Shown here in pieces: positions 18,678 to 28,153 of a stretch of 64,000 bases of DNA. Within the stretch, counting starts at the first letter, position 1; every line of letters starts with the position of its first letter. The notes under the pieces are model-generated. The model was not told where the DNA came from and did no database searches. It was given only the letters and a program-made list of their open reading frames with translations. The translations under genes and the position numbers were made by a program. The stretch covers positions 217,294 through 281,293 of the forward strand of contig CP066691.1 in the NCBI GenBank assembly GCA_016432485.1. Direction: 5' to 3'. This stretch comes from Candidatus Niyogibacteria bacterium. Lineage in GTDB: Bacteria; Patescibacteriota; Minisyncoccia; HO2-45-28.

Positions 18678-21512
18678 TTATGCCGGATTCGGCAAATATG
18701 CCTTCCAGTCAAACGATCTTGGATTATCCTCCACAAAATCCTTAATCACATCGTAAGGCAAAATCCTCAAAAGAATCGGCCCGCTATCCGGACCGTCTGC
18801 CGGCAAACCAACAAACGAAACGCCTGTGCTATTCGGCGGAAATCCATGCTCGCCATAGTTGTCGGTGTGGACGCCTGCCGGACACATATGATAGATGCAA
18901 TAAGATGTAATCACCAAACCGACAAAGTGCTTATCGCCGCAGTCGTTTTGGACTACTCTCCCGTTAAAAATTCGCGAGTAGTTTCCGCGAAGCGGGTCGT
19001 TGCGAACAGCGCCAAGCAAAGTGTCGCCCCACCCAGCCATTCTTGTCGGGGTCGAACGCATCACAGAACCGTATTCATACCCGTGCTTTACACGAATGGT
19101 TCCCCAACCGATGGATTGACCGCCGTAAAGCGGAGCAACCACGGCTTTTTCAAGAAATTGCTGGCGCTTTTTGAAATCAGAAATTTGTCCCAGGAAAGCG
19201 CGAAGATATTTAGCATAAAAAGGACCTTCAATAATTTCACCATTAACGGTGTGCGCGAGATGGTTGCCGGAGCCGAAATTAATAATACCAATATTTCTGG
19301 TATCAAAGCCGCCGAACTTTTCATTCACAAACTCGCCCACTCCGCGGACAATCAAGCCGGCCTTCTCAGCCCGACGCAGAATAGCCGCGAACACATCAAC
19401 ATACGATTCAACGTGTCTTTCTATCATCTGAAACATCTGGTCAAGAGGAAAATCCGAACCACGCTTCTCAATTTGGTATTTATAAAAATCGTCAATCGAA
19501 TTAAGAATTCTTCGCACTTCTCCCGCGTCAGAGGCCCGTTCTGCCTGAAGACGCATATTGTGCACATACTGCTCTATTTTGTGAGGCGGAAGCTGGTGCG
19601 GGTGCGGTTCCACCCTCGCGTTGAAATTCTGCCCTTGAACCGGGTCATCGGGAACAGAGAAGGTATGAACCGGCATGGAAAGATTTTTGGTCAAACCGGC
19701 TTTTCTCATCATCTGAAATACGGCCTCAACCATTCCAAGACGCTCGCCCGTGTCTTTGCAACTTACCATCTCTTTGGAGCGCCCGCCCCAGTGCGGGTCA
19801 GAGCCATACATTCTCCAAATGTATTTGGGGCCAACCGAATAAAATTCTTTTTCTTTCTTTCGTCCGGCTCTTACTTTCTTGTACTTATCTTCCTCAAACG
19901 ACTCTAGCGCTTCCAAAGGAATAATATCGCCCTCAACCAAGCCGTTTACGCAATTGAGGCGCAAAACACCGGTTCGGGCTTGTTCGCTGTGCGCCATCTT
20001 GGCTACATTGTGTACCTTGCGGACCGTATGCTCCATTGAACGGCGGATGCAAGCGTCATCAACACAGATAGGCGCTACAAAGACCTTGCTTGAGCCGCGC
20101 TTGCCGTCTTTGTCAACTTGCCGCTCGGTCATACGCGGATTTAGCGAATACGGATGGCAGATTACCACGGTTTTTGCCATATCTTCGCGCAAAACCTTGG
20201 GGCCGTATTGTTTGCAGTAATTGGCAAGTAAAGTGTCGGTAACTCTGTCGTGCTCTGGTATGTTGATTTCAATTGTCCCTGAATTTCCAATGCTTATGTA
20301 AGTCGTCCCCATTCCAATGACTTTGGAATTTGGAATCGCGCGCTCAATTTTGTTAACCACAAGCGACTTGGCATAATCAACAAATCTATGCCCCTCTTGG
20401 GTCGCGACTTGAGTGACTGTCGTTAACGCGAGTTCTTTTTGGGTAATCAGAAGTTCTGTTTCCAGTTTGTTGGCATGTTTAAAATTTCTTGCTTTGTCCG
20501 CCTTTTTTATTCCGCTTTTTATAGTTGAGATCTCACTCCTCAGCTCGTCCTGCCTTTGCTTAGTCTGAAAGTTAATTTCCCAATATGCTATCGTCTTAAT
20601 CAGATCTTCCTCGTTTATTCCCAAAACAACATGTATCGGTCTGTCATACTCCAGTCTTTTGTCCGGCTTTGTAAAAATTTTTTTCCAGCCGGCGAGCAGG
20701 TCATCAAGAAGATCTTCGGCTGTGCGATAAATTATTTTATCCATGGGGCTGTTTGCGAGAATTTCTTTTACCCGCTCTCTGTACGAGGGGGACGCGAAAA
20801 CATCCGGATTTATGTTGTCGCCCAAGGCAAGCATCCGGCCAAGCTTTTGCGGTCCGCCCGCTTTTTTCAGATCCATCACCAAAATATTTGTAAGTATGAT
20901 TGTGTCATCACCCCTGAAGTCCGCGTCCGAAAGAGCTCTGCGCACGGGGTTGCCAACAATATCCGACTCCGGATAAAGCACGCCGATGTTTGACCCGTTA
21001 AGACACATTATATGCCAGTTGGTGCGGTTATTTTCAGAGGGGATGTTCACGGGTTTTTTGCATGAAGAGCGGGGTATTTTTATTTTTTTCAGCTCAGTCA
21101 AACTTACATCGGCTCTAATCCTGAAAATACCGGTTTGATTTTGGCGAGCCTCGCGATAGGCACTGCTTATTCCCTTGTGCCACCTCTCGCGCGCTTTCAC
21201 CATCTCCATCGGAATATTGGGAAACGAAGAATAAAAGGTCTCAAGACCAATCCTCTCGCGCACAACTCTGCGCAGGGCTTTGTCTACATCGCTTGTCCAG
21301 ATAAATTTGTCTAACTTGCACGCAAACTTCTTTTTGGAAAAATCATAACCCAGAGCGCCAAAGGATTCGGCAAACTCTTTTTGAATCAGTTCACAAAGTT
21401 CATCCGCGCCTATTTTTTTGAGAGTTCCGTCTTTGATCAGTTCGGACATTCTTTTTCCAATTTTATCCCACAAATCTTTTACAGGATTTTTCGTGCTTTT
21501 TTGGTCGGACAC
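18678..21512 (-). CDS. Large hypothetical protein with a C-terminal calcineurin-like metallophosphoesterase domain and a degenerate N-terminal copy; probable GTG start 21512
   Basis: GSDPHWG, PDDPVQG, GSGNH, CGDKH in order; SD AAGGAG before GTG. Confidence 0.65.
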   Translation of the reverse strand: MSDQKSTKNPVKDLWDKIGKRMSELIKDGTLKKIGADELCELIQKEFAESFGALGYDFSKKKFACKLDKFIWTSDVDKALRRVVRERIGLETFYSSFPNIPMEMVKARERWHKGISSAYREARQNQTGIFRIRADVSLTELKKIKIPRSSCKKPVNIPSENNRTNWHIMCLNGSNIGVLYPESDIVGNPVRRALSDADFRGDDTIILTNILVMDLKKAGGPQKLGRMLALGDNINPDVFASPSYRERVKEILANSPMDKIIYRTAEDLLDDLLAGWKKIFTKPDKRLEYDRPIHVVLGINEEDLIKTIAYWEINFQTKQRQDELRSEISTIKSGIKKADKARNFKHANKLETELLITQKELALTTVTQVATQEGHRFVDYAKSLVVNKIERAIPNSKVIGMGTTYISIGNSGTIEINIPEHDRVTDTLLANYCKQYGPKVLREDMAKTVVICHPYSLNPRMTERQVDKDGKRGSSKVFVAPICVDDACIRRSMEHTVRKVHNVAKMAHSEQARTGVLRLNCVNGLVEGDIIPLEALESFEEDKYKKVRAGRKKEKEFYSVGPKYIWRMYGSDPHWGGRSKEMVSCKDTGERLGMVEAVFQMMRKAGLTKNLSMPVHTFSVPDDPVQGQNFNARVEPHPHQLPPHKIEQYVHNMRLQAERASDAGEVRRILNSIDDFYKYQIEKRGSDFPLDQMFQMIERHVESYVDVFAAILRRAEKAGLIVRGVGEFVNEKFGGFDTRNIGIINFGSGNHLAHTVNGEIIEGPFYAKYLRAFLGQISDFKKRQQFLEKAVVAPLYGGQSIGWGTIRVKHGYEYGSVMRSTPTRMAGWGDTLLGAVRNDPLRGNYSRIFNGRVVQNDCGDKHFVGLVITSYCIYHMCPAGVHTDNYGEHGFPPNSTGVSFVGLPADGPDSGPILLRILPYDVIKDFVEDNPRSFDWKAYLPNPA

Positions 21513-21637
21513 CTCATTTCTCCTTTTTTGTTTGTCAACGAACAAATCAAATCTGGCTTAATTATAAAACTCCCCGGCAAAAAAATAAAATAAAATAAAA
21601 CCAGCCACGCCGAAAGCGCGGCTGTCAAGACCCGATT

Positions 21638-23077
21638 TTAATTCCTTGCTTGGCCTTCCTTGAAAGAGGCCTGGGTTATTTTTATGAATTCGGCGTTCCT
21701 GCGAAATTCTTTAAGATTTTTGGCGCCCAAATAACTCATTGACGAACGAAGCCCGCCGATTAAGTCGCCGACAACATTTTTGGCAGAGCCGCTGTAAGCC
21801 ACGCGGCCGGCCTTGCCTTCGGGCAAGCGCGAAAAACCGCCTGCCTCAAGCGCGGTCAAGGGGTCAATTCCGTCTAATTTATTTTTGTCCTCCGCCGCAT
21901 CGCGCGAGGCCATTCCGCGAAAAAGCTTAAACGACTGCCCGTCTTCCATAATATATTCTCCGGGCGCTTCGTCGGTGCCGGCAAAAAGCGAACCGGCCAT
22001 CACGGTATCCGCGCCGGCGGCCAAGGCCTTGGAAAAGTCCCCTGAATTTTTTACTCCGCCATCGGCAATGACAGGAATGCCGAATTTTGAAGCGGACCCA
22101 ACGCAATTTAGCACGGCCGTTAGCTGCGGAACGCCCACTCCCGTAACCACCCTTGTGGTGCAAGCCGCTCCCGGTCCAATGCCTACTTTGACCGCGTCGG
22201 CTCCGGCTTTAATCAAATCAAGGACGCCTTCCGGAGTGGCCACATTTCCGGCGACAACTTCAATACCTGCGAATTTTTTCTTTAAAATTTTCACCATTTC
22301 AAGGGCTCTTATGTTATGGCCGTGAGCAATGTCAACGACTATGGCGTCCGCTCCGGCTTCTAAGAGAGCTTTGGCGCGCTCTAGCGCGTCATCTTTAACG
22401 CCGATTGCGGCCGCCACCAAAAGCCGGCCCTTTTTGTCTTTTGACGCAAACGGATTCCGACTCTTTTTTAAAATATCTTTCAGAGTAATAAGTCCCTTAA
22501 CAACGCCGCTTTTTGAAACAATCGGCAGTTTCTCAATTCTATATTTATGCAAAATTTCTTTCGCTTTTGCCGGCGAAACCCCGACAGGAGCCGAAACAAC
22601 TTTTTTGGTCATAATTTCGCTTACTTTTTTGCCGTTTTCCCCCTCAAATAAAAGATCGCGCGAAGTTAAAATGCCGACTAATTTTTTCTTGTCATCCGCC
22701 ACTAAAAGGCCCGAAACGCCGGCCTTAGCCATTAGATCCCGGGCCTCGGCAATAGATTGATGCGGAAAAATCGTATAGGGGTCGTCTATGACGACATTTT
22801 CCGCTCTTTTAACTTTTTTAACTTCCTCAACTTCTCTTTCAACCGTCAAAAAGCGGTGAATTATTCCGATGCCTCCGACCTCGGCGAGAAACCTGGCCAT
22901 CCTGGATTCGGTCACGGTATCCATATTCGCCGAAACCAAGGGCAGAGAAAGTTCTATGTTTTTTGAAAAATTAGCTTTTAAAGAAACATCGCGACGCGAA
23001 AAGACCCGAGATTTCTTCGGGACCAATAAAACATCGTCAAAAGTTAGGCCCTCTGCCAAATTTTTATGAGTGCTCAT
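21638..23077 (-). CDS. guaB: IMP dehydrogenase
   Basis: [20 protein letters not shown] pair, [15 protein letters not shown]. Confidence 0.98.
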   Translation of the reverse strand: MSTHKNLAEGLTFDDVLLVPKKSRVFSRRDVSLKANFSKNIELSLPLVSANMDTVTESRMARFLAEVGGIGIIHRFLTVEREVEEVKKVKRAENVVIDDPYTIFPHQSIAEARDLMAKAGVSGLLVADDKKKLVGILTSRDLLFEGENGKKVSEIMTKKVVSAPVGVSPAKAKEILHKYRIEKLPIVSKSGVVKGLITLKDILKKSRNPFASKDKKGRLLVAAAIGVKDDALERAKALLEAGADAIVVDIAHGHNIRALEMVKILKKKFAGIEVVAGNVATPEGVLDLIKAGADAVKVGIGPGAACTTRVVTGVGVPQLTAVLNCVGSASKFGIPVIADGGVKNSGDFSKALAAGADTVMAGSLFAGTDEAPGEYIMEDGQSFKLFRGMASRDAAEDKNKLDGIDPLTALEAGGFSRLPEGKAGRVAYSGSAKNVVGDLIGGLRSSMSYLGAKNLKEFRRNAEFIKITQASFKEGQARN

Positions 23078-23101
23078 GAAATAAAAATTTATTAAAATTT
23101 G

Positions 23102-23125
23102 AAAACCCCGCCGGGCGGGGTTTTT
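23102..23125. terminator. Intrinsic terminator after the permease gene
   Basis: aaaaccccgcc-g-ggcggggttttt. Confidence 0.7.
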
Positions 23126-23169
23126 CATATCCTCTTATGATTATACTCTTAAAGAACAACGGCGCAAAC

Positions 23170-25047
23170 TCACTTGTGCATATCTTCTATTAATTTAATC
23201 GTCGGAGAATCGTCCCACAGAAGCATGCTTTCTTTTACCGGCAATTCCAGAATTTCTATATTCATATCCTTGGCTCCCTCAATTGCCAGCCGAATTCTTA
23301 ACCCTGTCTGATTATGCAAAAACCTGTGCCAGAACTTTTTGGGAATAAACTCCGGTATTAACACCATGACCGAATCGTCCCGCCACAGGTCTTCAATGCT
23401 TTTAAGAAAACCAAGCACGGGCGAAATCAAGTCCCGATATTCAGAGATAAAAACGGTAAGCTTTATGTCCGGAAAACTCTTCTCCCATTCTTGTCTTATT
23501 TTTTCAGCGCCTTCATTATCAATTGCTACATGAAACGCCATAAGACTGACCGGCCGTAATGATTTTGCGTGTTGTATGGCGTATGAAGAAATGCCAACAT
23601 TGGAAACCAGAACTACTATGGTTTTTTTAGACGCGATCCTCGGTATGGCGGTATTATCCAAAGAAAAAATAGCTTCAACTCTCGCGTAATGGCGCTTCAC
23701 CTTCGTCATAAAAAAGATGATTGAGGCGATAGCGGGAATGAGAAACCAGGCGCCGTGTATAAACTTGGTGGAAAGCACAATCAGAAAAACAATCGTGGTC
23801 GCAAAACAACCTAAAGCGTTGATGGCTATATTTCTTTTGTGCCCGCCGATTCTCTTCCAGTGCCTAATCATGCCGAACTGCGACAGCGAAAAACCGAGAA
23901 AAACGCCCACGGCGTAAAGCGGTATAAGCGCGTGGACCCTGCCGCCGAAAACGAACAAAAGAAATGCCGACATAACAGCTAAAACTATGATGCCGTTGGC
24001 AAAAACCAGACGGGAGCCGAGGTTCAAAAACTGCTGGGGAAAATATCCGTCTCGCGCCAACTGCGAAGCCACTCTCGGAAAATCGGCAAACGGCGTATTG
24101 GCCGCCAAAAACAAAATTGAAAGAGTAGATGCCTGAATTATAAAGTAAGGAGCTGTCTTGCCGAAAAGCGCCCGCGCTATCTGGGATACAACCGTTTCCC
24201 CTTCCATTGGCTGAACATGCGCCCAGGATGCGAGAAAAGTAATCCCAAGAAATATACTTCCAAGAATCAAACCCATTCGCAGCATTGTTTTTTGCGCGTT
24301 TTCTCCTTCCGGCGGCTTAAACGCCTGCACGCCGTTGGAAGTCGCCTCAATTCCGGTAAGAGCCGTGCAACCCGAAGCAAAAGCGCGAAGTATAAGAAAT
24401 ATGCCGATAGCGTTGATCATCTGGGGCTGGACCGATTCGCCGTATGAAATAACCGGAAATGTTCCCGCCGCATAGCGCCAAAAGCCATAGCCAATCATTC
24501 CCAAAAAAACAACAATAAAAGCATAGGTTGGCAAAGAAAACATTCTGCCCGATTCTCTGGTGCCTCGTAAATTACCCCAAGCCAGAAAAATGATTATTGC
24601 TATACCGATAACTACGCGATACGGCAAAAATTCCTCAAACGCGGAAGTCAATGCCGCGACTGCCGCGGTAACAGAAACCGCGACAGTTAAAATGTAGTCC
24701 ACCATAAGTGATGCGGCTCCCAGCAGCGCCGGAAATTCTCCCAAATTTTTTTTGGCAACATTATAAACGCCCCCTCCTTGAGGGTAGGCCTTGATAACCT
24801 GCCTATAGGATATAACGACGATCAAAATCAGGCATACAATCGCGAGAGCCATTGGTATTGAAATGTAAGACGCGGCGGTACCCACGGCCGCTAAAACCAG
24901 CAGAATTTCTTCAGTCGCGTACGTGGTTGAAGAAATCGGGTCTGCGCTGAATATGGCCAGTCCCTGCGGATTGGTCAATCGTTCATGCGATATCGCTTTA
25001 GTGGACAGGGGGTCTTTAAGAATCGCCCGTTTTATCTTTGACCACAT
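23170..25047 (-). CDS. APC-family permease, KimA/YdaO-like (putative K+ transporter); probable start ATG 25047
   Basis: ADPISSTTYATEE, YPQGGG, GCTALTGIEA, LIPLYAVGVF, LHNQT. Confidence 0.85.
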   Translation of the reverse strand: MWSKIKRAILKDPLSTKAISHERLTNPQGLAIFSADPISSTTYATEEILLVLAAVGTAASYISIPMALAIVCLILIVVISYRQVIKAYPQGGGVYNVAKKNLGEFPALLGAASLMVDYILTVAVSVTAAVAALTSAFEEFLPYRVVIGIAIIIFLAWGNLRGTRESGRMFSLPTYAFIVVFLGMIGYGFWRYAAGTFPVISYGESVQPQMINAIGIFLILRAFASGCTALTGIEATSNGVQAFKPPEGENAQKTMLRMGLILGSIFLGITFLASWAHVQPMEGETVVSQIARALFGKTAPYFIIQASTLSILFLAANTPFADFPRVASQLARDGYFPQQFLNLGSRLVFANGIIVLAVMSAFLLFVFGGRVHALIPLYAVGVFLGFSLSQFGMIRHWKRIGGHKRNIAINALGCFATTIVFLIVLSTKFIHGAWFLIPAIASIIFFMTKVKRHYARVEAIFSLDNTAIPRIASKKTIVVLVSNVGISSYAIQHAKSLRPVSLMAFHVAIDNEGAEKIRQEWEKSFPDIKLTVFISEYRDLISPVLGFLKSIEDLWRDDSVMVLIPEFIPKKFWHRFLHNQTGLRIRLAIEGAKDMNIEILELPVKESMLLWDDSPTIKLIEDMHK

Positions 25048-25163
25048 TTGAGTCCCCTTTTTATCTTCATCAAGGATCAAAACTTCTTGATGGAGTATAG
25101 CAAATTTATGCCAAAAGAAAAGACGGAGAACATTCTCCGTCTTTATCAAAATTGAAGCCGCAA

Positions 25164-25853
25164 CTAAAACCGGGGGGATCTAAAATTTTCCAGAACATCC
25201 CACGCTTCAAGCATAATCAAAAGTTCTTTAAAATCGCGCGCGTTATAATCTGGCATTTCTGCTAAAACCAAATCTTCGGGAATATTTCCGTTGAGAAACG
25301 CGACCGCGCGCACGCCGGCTCTCTTGGCATGCATCATATCCGAAGGAGAATCGCCGACATAAAAACAATTCCCGGCCTCAGCTCTTTCGCGAAGCATTAG
25401 ACGCTTAATGGCCGCGAACTTATCGCCCGCTCCGAATTCCAGATGGTCAAAAGCGTTTTGGATTTCAAATTTCTCAAGCAAATTCATCGCGGTCTCGCGG
25501 CCACAGGCCGTAACCAAAACAATAATAAATCCCTTCCTGGGCAGAGTGAAAAGAAGGTCGTAGGCGCCGGGAGCTAAACTGAAATCATTTCTATGCGCTT
25601 CATAAACGCTGTCAAAAATTTTATGAATTTCTTCAGAAGTAATTTTAATCCCGAAAGCGCGATAAGTATCTACCACGGGGCCTCTATATTTTTTAAAGAA
25701 TTCTTCCGTTGTCGGCGGCTCTTTGCCGAATATCCTAAACAACACATCCGTAGCCAAACGCCATATTTTAAAATCGTTAAGCAGAGTGTTATTCAAATCC
25801 AACATTAAGATTTTTTTGTCCCGACCTTGCTCTTCAAAAATTCTTCGCCTCAT
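25164..25853 (-). CDS. HAD-superfamily hydrolase
   Basis: LDLNNTL, LVT, YVGDSPSDM motifs. Confidence 0.85.
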   Translation of the reverse strand: MRRRIFEEQGRDKKILMLDLNNTLLNDFKIWRLATDVLFRIFGKEPPTTEEFFKKYRGPVVDTYRAFGIKITSEEIHKIFDSVYEAHRNDFSLAPGAYDLLFTLPRKGFIIVLVTACGRETAMNLLEKFEIQNAFDHLEFGAGDKFAAIKRLMLRERAEAGNCFYVGDSPSDMMHAKRAGVRAVAFLNGNIPEDLVLAEMPDYNARDFKELLIMLEAWDVLENFRSPRF

Positions 25854-26350
25854 TCCGACCTCCCGGAGAAACGCTCAATTCCACGGATGCTGAAAATCTC
25901 CTGCAAAATATATTTTCTGCAAAAAAGCCGGATTATTTCTTTCCTTAACTCATCGTAGGCCTCCGGATATTTTCTTTCGTCTCCCTTATAAGCCAAACCG
26001 GGAGATAAAAGTTTTGCTATTTCATCAGTATAGTCAAGTGTTTCGGCCGCAAGCGCTTTTTCAATACATTCGCTACCCGAAACACCCAATTCCTTGCTAA
26101 GTTCAAACAGGGCTTTCAACTTATCCCACAATACATCAAGAGCGCCTTCAATAGCAGATTCAACATGGGACTCCGGCTCATCCCGAAACGATTCAAAAAC
26201 ACTTAAATTCTCCCGCGCAAGCTCAAACATCTCAATTGCCTCTAGCCGGCACCCTTTAGGATCTCCCCGCGTAACCTCTTGTGTCAAAATACACTCTTCA
26301 AGCAAAAACCATTCAAGATTTTTTAATTCTTGATCGGCAGACACCGGCAT
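25850..26350 (-). CDS. Hypothetical helical protein
   Basis: ORF with SD; ATGA overlap with the HAD gene. Confidence 0.6.
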   Translation of the reverse strand: MPVSADQELKNLEWFLLEECILTQEVTRGDPKGCRLEAIEMFELARENLSVFESFRDEPESHVESAIEGALDVLWDKLKALFELSKELGVSGSECIEKALAAETLDYTDEIAKLLSPGLAYKGDERKYPEAYDELRKEIIRLFCRKYILQEIFSIRGIERFSGRSE

Positions 26351-26552
26351 GGAGCGTCTCCCTAATGTCTTTGCAATATTCCAATTCTGACCTTAACATA
26401 AATAATCGCTCCGTAAAAGCGGGCGTTTTTGGGCGAAAAATTTTGGCGGGATATATTTGAAAATGATTAGAAAATTTACTGGTTTAGCGGCAAATTTTCT
26501 TTCTGGAAATAAAAGGAGGGGCGCAGCTAAGTGCTGCACCCCTCGTGGACCG

Positions 26553-27146
26553 CTAGACGCGGCGCTTATTGAGGATTCTGCGGATTTTTTCCCTCGCCGT
26601 CGCCTTGGCACAGAACGGCCAGCCGTTCTTGAGCTCAAGGCAGAGCTCATCCAGATCAACCTTCAGGCCCTCGAGATTTCTGGTGCCTGACTGCATCCGC
26701 CCGAGTTCCGCCTCGAGCTCGGCGCGGGACATACCGCCTTGCTGTCCTTCGTAGCTCTGTTCGGGACGGATGGAGCCGACCCTGATCTTGCGGTAAAGCT
26801 CGAGCAAATCCTCCATCCTCTTCGCTCTGATGCGGATCATCCTGCCGCCACCGCTCTTGTCAACCTCCGCTTCTGCCGACTTGTGACGGTAGATGCCAAT
26901 TTCTCGTTGGGTATCCGCGTATTCGTGAAGCGAGACCTCATCAACGATGTCCGTTACTGCCTCAGGAATCGGGTCGGTCAGTTTGCCGAGGGAGATATAC
27001 CAACGCCCCTTGTCACGTAAGAGCTTGACGCCGGAAATCTCGTGCTCGTCCCACTCCTGAGGCGGTTTCCCACCCCACCTCTTCCTGGTTGTGAAGCCCT
27101 CGAGCTCCTGAACTTTGTTGCCCTTCAAGTACACGTTGACCGACAT
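26553..27146 (-). CDS. Hypothetical protein with GC-rich codons; probable start ATG 27146
   Basis: SD GAGGAG; own promoter; hairpin plus T-run downstream. Confidence 0.65.
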   Translation of the reverse strand: MSVNVYLKGNKVQELEGFTTRKRWGGKPPQEWDEHEISGVKLLRDKGRWYISLGKLTDPIPEAVTDIVDEVSLHEYADTQREIGIYRHKSAEAEVDKSGGGRMIRIRAKRMEDLLELYRKIRVGSIRPEQSYEGQQGGMSRAELEAELGRMQSGTRNLEGLKVDLDELCLELKNGWPFCAKATAREKIRRILNKRRV

Positions 27147-27261
27147 GATGCTTCTCCTCTCTTTGTGTCGCCAGGATTTCGTCAGGCTTTCTGGGCCTAT
27201 CCGTTCCGTGGTCGACTGGTTGGAATACAGTCCCACTGGACTATCCAATGAAACTATCAAA

Positions 27262-27290
27262 AGTATAGCATAGTGCAACTATTCTGTCAA
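27262..27290 (-). promoter_or_regulatory. sigma70 promoter TTGACA-17nt-TATACT with extended -10
   Basis: Consensus match on the minus strand. Confidence 0.75.
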
Positions 27291-27384
27291 GTTCGTTGGC
27301 AATAAGAAACACCTTTGTTGCAAGCTATTTTTGACCCTAACTCTTATGAAAAAAATTCTTTTGCCCTTATTGATAAATCCTTTT

Positions 27385-27428
27385 TGGCAGGGATGCAAGG
27401 AATCGCCCCGCAGCTGCGGGGTTGGAGA
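27385..27428 (-). pseudogene. 3' part of a disrupted tRNA-Trp gene carrying palindrome CCCCGCAGCTGCGGGG
   Basis: Minus strand reads TCTCCAA-[palindrome]-CGATTCCTTGCATCCCTGCCA. Confidence 0.7.
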
Positions 27429-27434
27429 TCTTTG

Positions 27435-27505
27435 CGGGAGCTGAGGGAATCGGACCCCCGACCGCGGTTTTGGAGACCGCCGTTATACCACTTAACTAAG
27501 CTCCC
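27435..27505 (-). tRNA. tRNA-Trp(CCA) with atypical T-loop TCCGATT
   Basis: Cloverleaf: GGGAGCT/AGCTCCC, GTTA/TAAC, GCGGT-CTCCAAA-ACCGC, GGGGG/CCCTC. Confidence 0.9.
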
Positions 27506-27528
27506 TTAAAATTTTTAATCAACTTTAT

Positions 27529-27587
27529 GGAATCGCCTCGCAGCTGCGGGGTTGGAGACCGACGTTCTGCCATTGAACCACACCCCC
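27529..27587 (-). pseudogene. 5' part of a disrupted tRNA-Trp gene carrying the same palindrome
   Basis: Minus strand reads GGGGGTGTGGTTCAATGGCAGAACGTCGGTCTCCAA-[CCCCGCAGCTGCGAGG]-CGATTCC. Confidence 0.75.
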
Positions 27588-27605
27588 CCTTGCGAAAAAA
27601 TAAGA

Positions 27606-27658
27606 TTAAGCCGTTATTTTGGCTTCTTTGTGCAAAGTATGCTTTTTGCACCATTTGC
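27606..27658 (-). pseudogene. 3' remnant of a second rpmG copy
   Basis: Encodes [16 protein letters not shown]-stop versus [16 protein letters not shown]-stop in the intact gene, with mostly synonymous differences. Confidence 0.8.
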
Positions 27659-27828
27659 GTCGCGGCTCGCTCACCTCAAGGGATTCGCTCGCGCTCCCCA
27701 GACACCTCTCGGTTTCTGGCGCTCGCTCCGCTCGCTGTTTTCCTACACGGGGAAAACTACAGTTTTCCCCGACCCCCTTTCGGGCAAATGGCACAAGGAA
27801 ACTCCTCATATAATAAATATATCAAAAA

Positions 27829-27993
27829 TCAAGCAGTGATTTTAGATTCCTTATGAAGCGTATGTTTCTTGCACCATTTGCAATACTTTTTGAGCTCAAT
27901 TTTTCGCTCAACTTTTTTCTTGTTTTTGGTGCTGTAATAGTTCCCCCGTTTGCAAACGGAGCATTTTAGTTTGAATAAGTTCGGTTGCGGCAT
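27829..27993 (-). CDS. rpmG: 50S ribosomal protein L33 (not in ORF track)
   Basis: Manual translation [54 protein letters not shown]. Confidence 0.95.
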   Translation of the reverse strand: MPQPNLFKLKCSVCKRGNYYSTKNKKKVERKIELKKYCKWCKKHTLHKESKITA

Positions 27994-28033
27994 AATGTCT
28001 TATTTTAACAAAAAATAATAAAAAATCAACTTG

Positions 28034-28105
28034 AGCCGGAGGGGAGAATCGAACTCCCGACCTCATTCTTACCAAGAATGCGTTCTGCCACTGAACTACT
28101 CCGGC
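28034..28105 (-). tRNA. tRNA-Thr(GGT)
   Basis: GCCGGAG/CTCCGGC acceptor, CATTC-TTGGTAA-GAATG, TTCGATT T-loop. Confidence 0.96.
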
Positions 28106-28153
28106 CTTTTCCCACTTTACAATAAAAAACGGGCGAATCAAAGATTCGCCCTA

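Noticed and set aside
18588-19907. 439-aa plus-strand ORF and the many other antisense ORFs over dnaK, clpB, guaB, tkt and gap
   Set aside because: They lie fully opposite better-supported genes and show no motifs; treated as shadow frames.
21833-21866. Repeat-derived insert in the GuaB flap (PLTALEAGG)
   Set aside because: The flap is naturally variable and no clean palindrome is present.
25048-25163. c-di-AMP (ydaO) riboswitch upstream of the KimA-like gene
   Set aside because: The spacer is short and lacks the recognisable conserved motifs or a terminator.
25780-25805. HAD motif I variant DLNNT as evidence of a pseudoenzyme
   Set aside because: The nucleophilic Asp is retained and variants at the second position are known.
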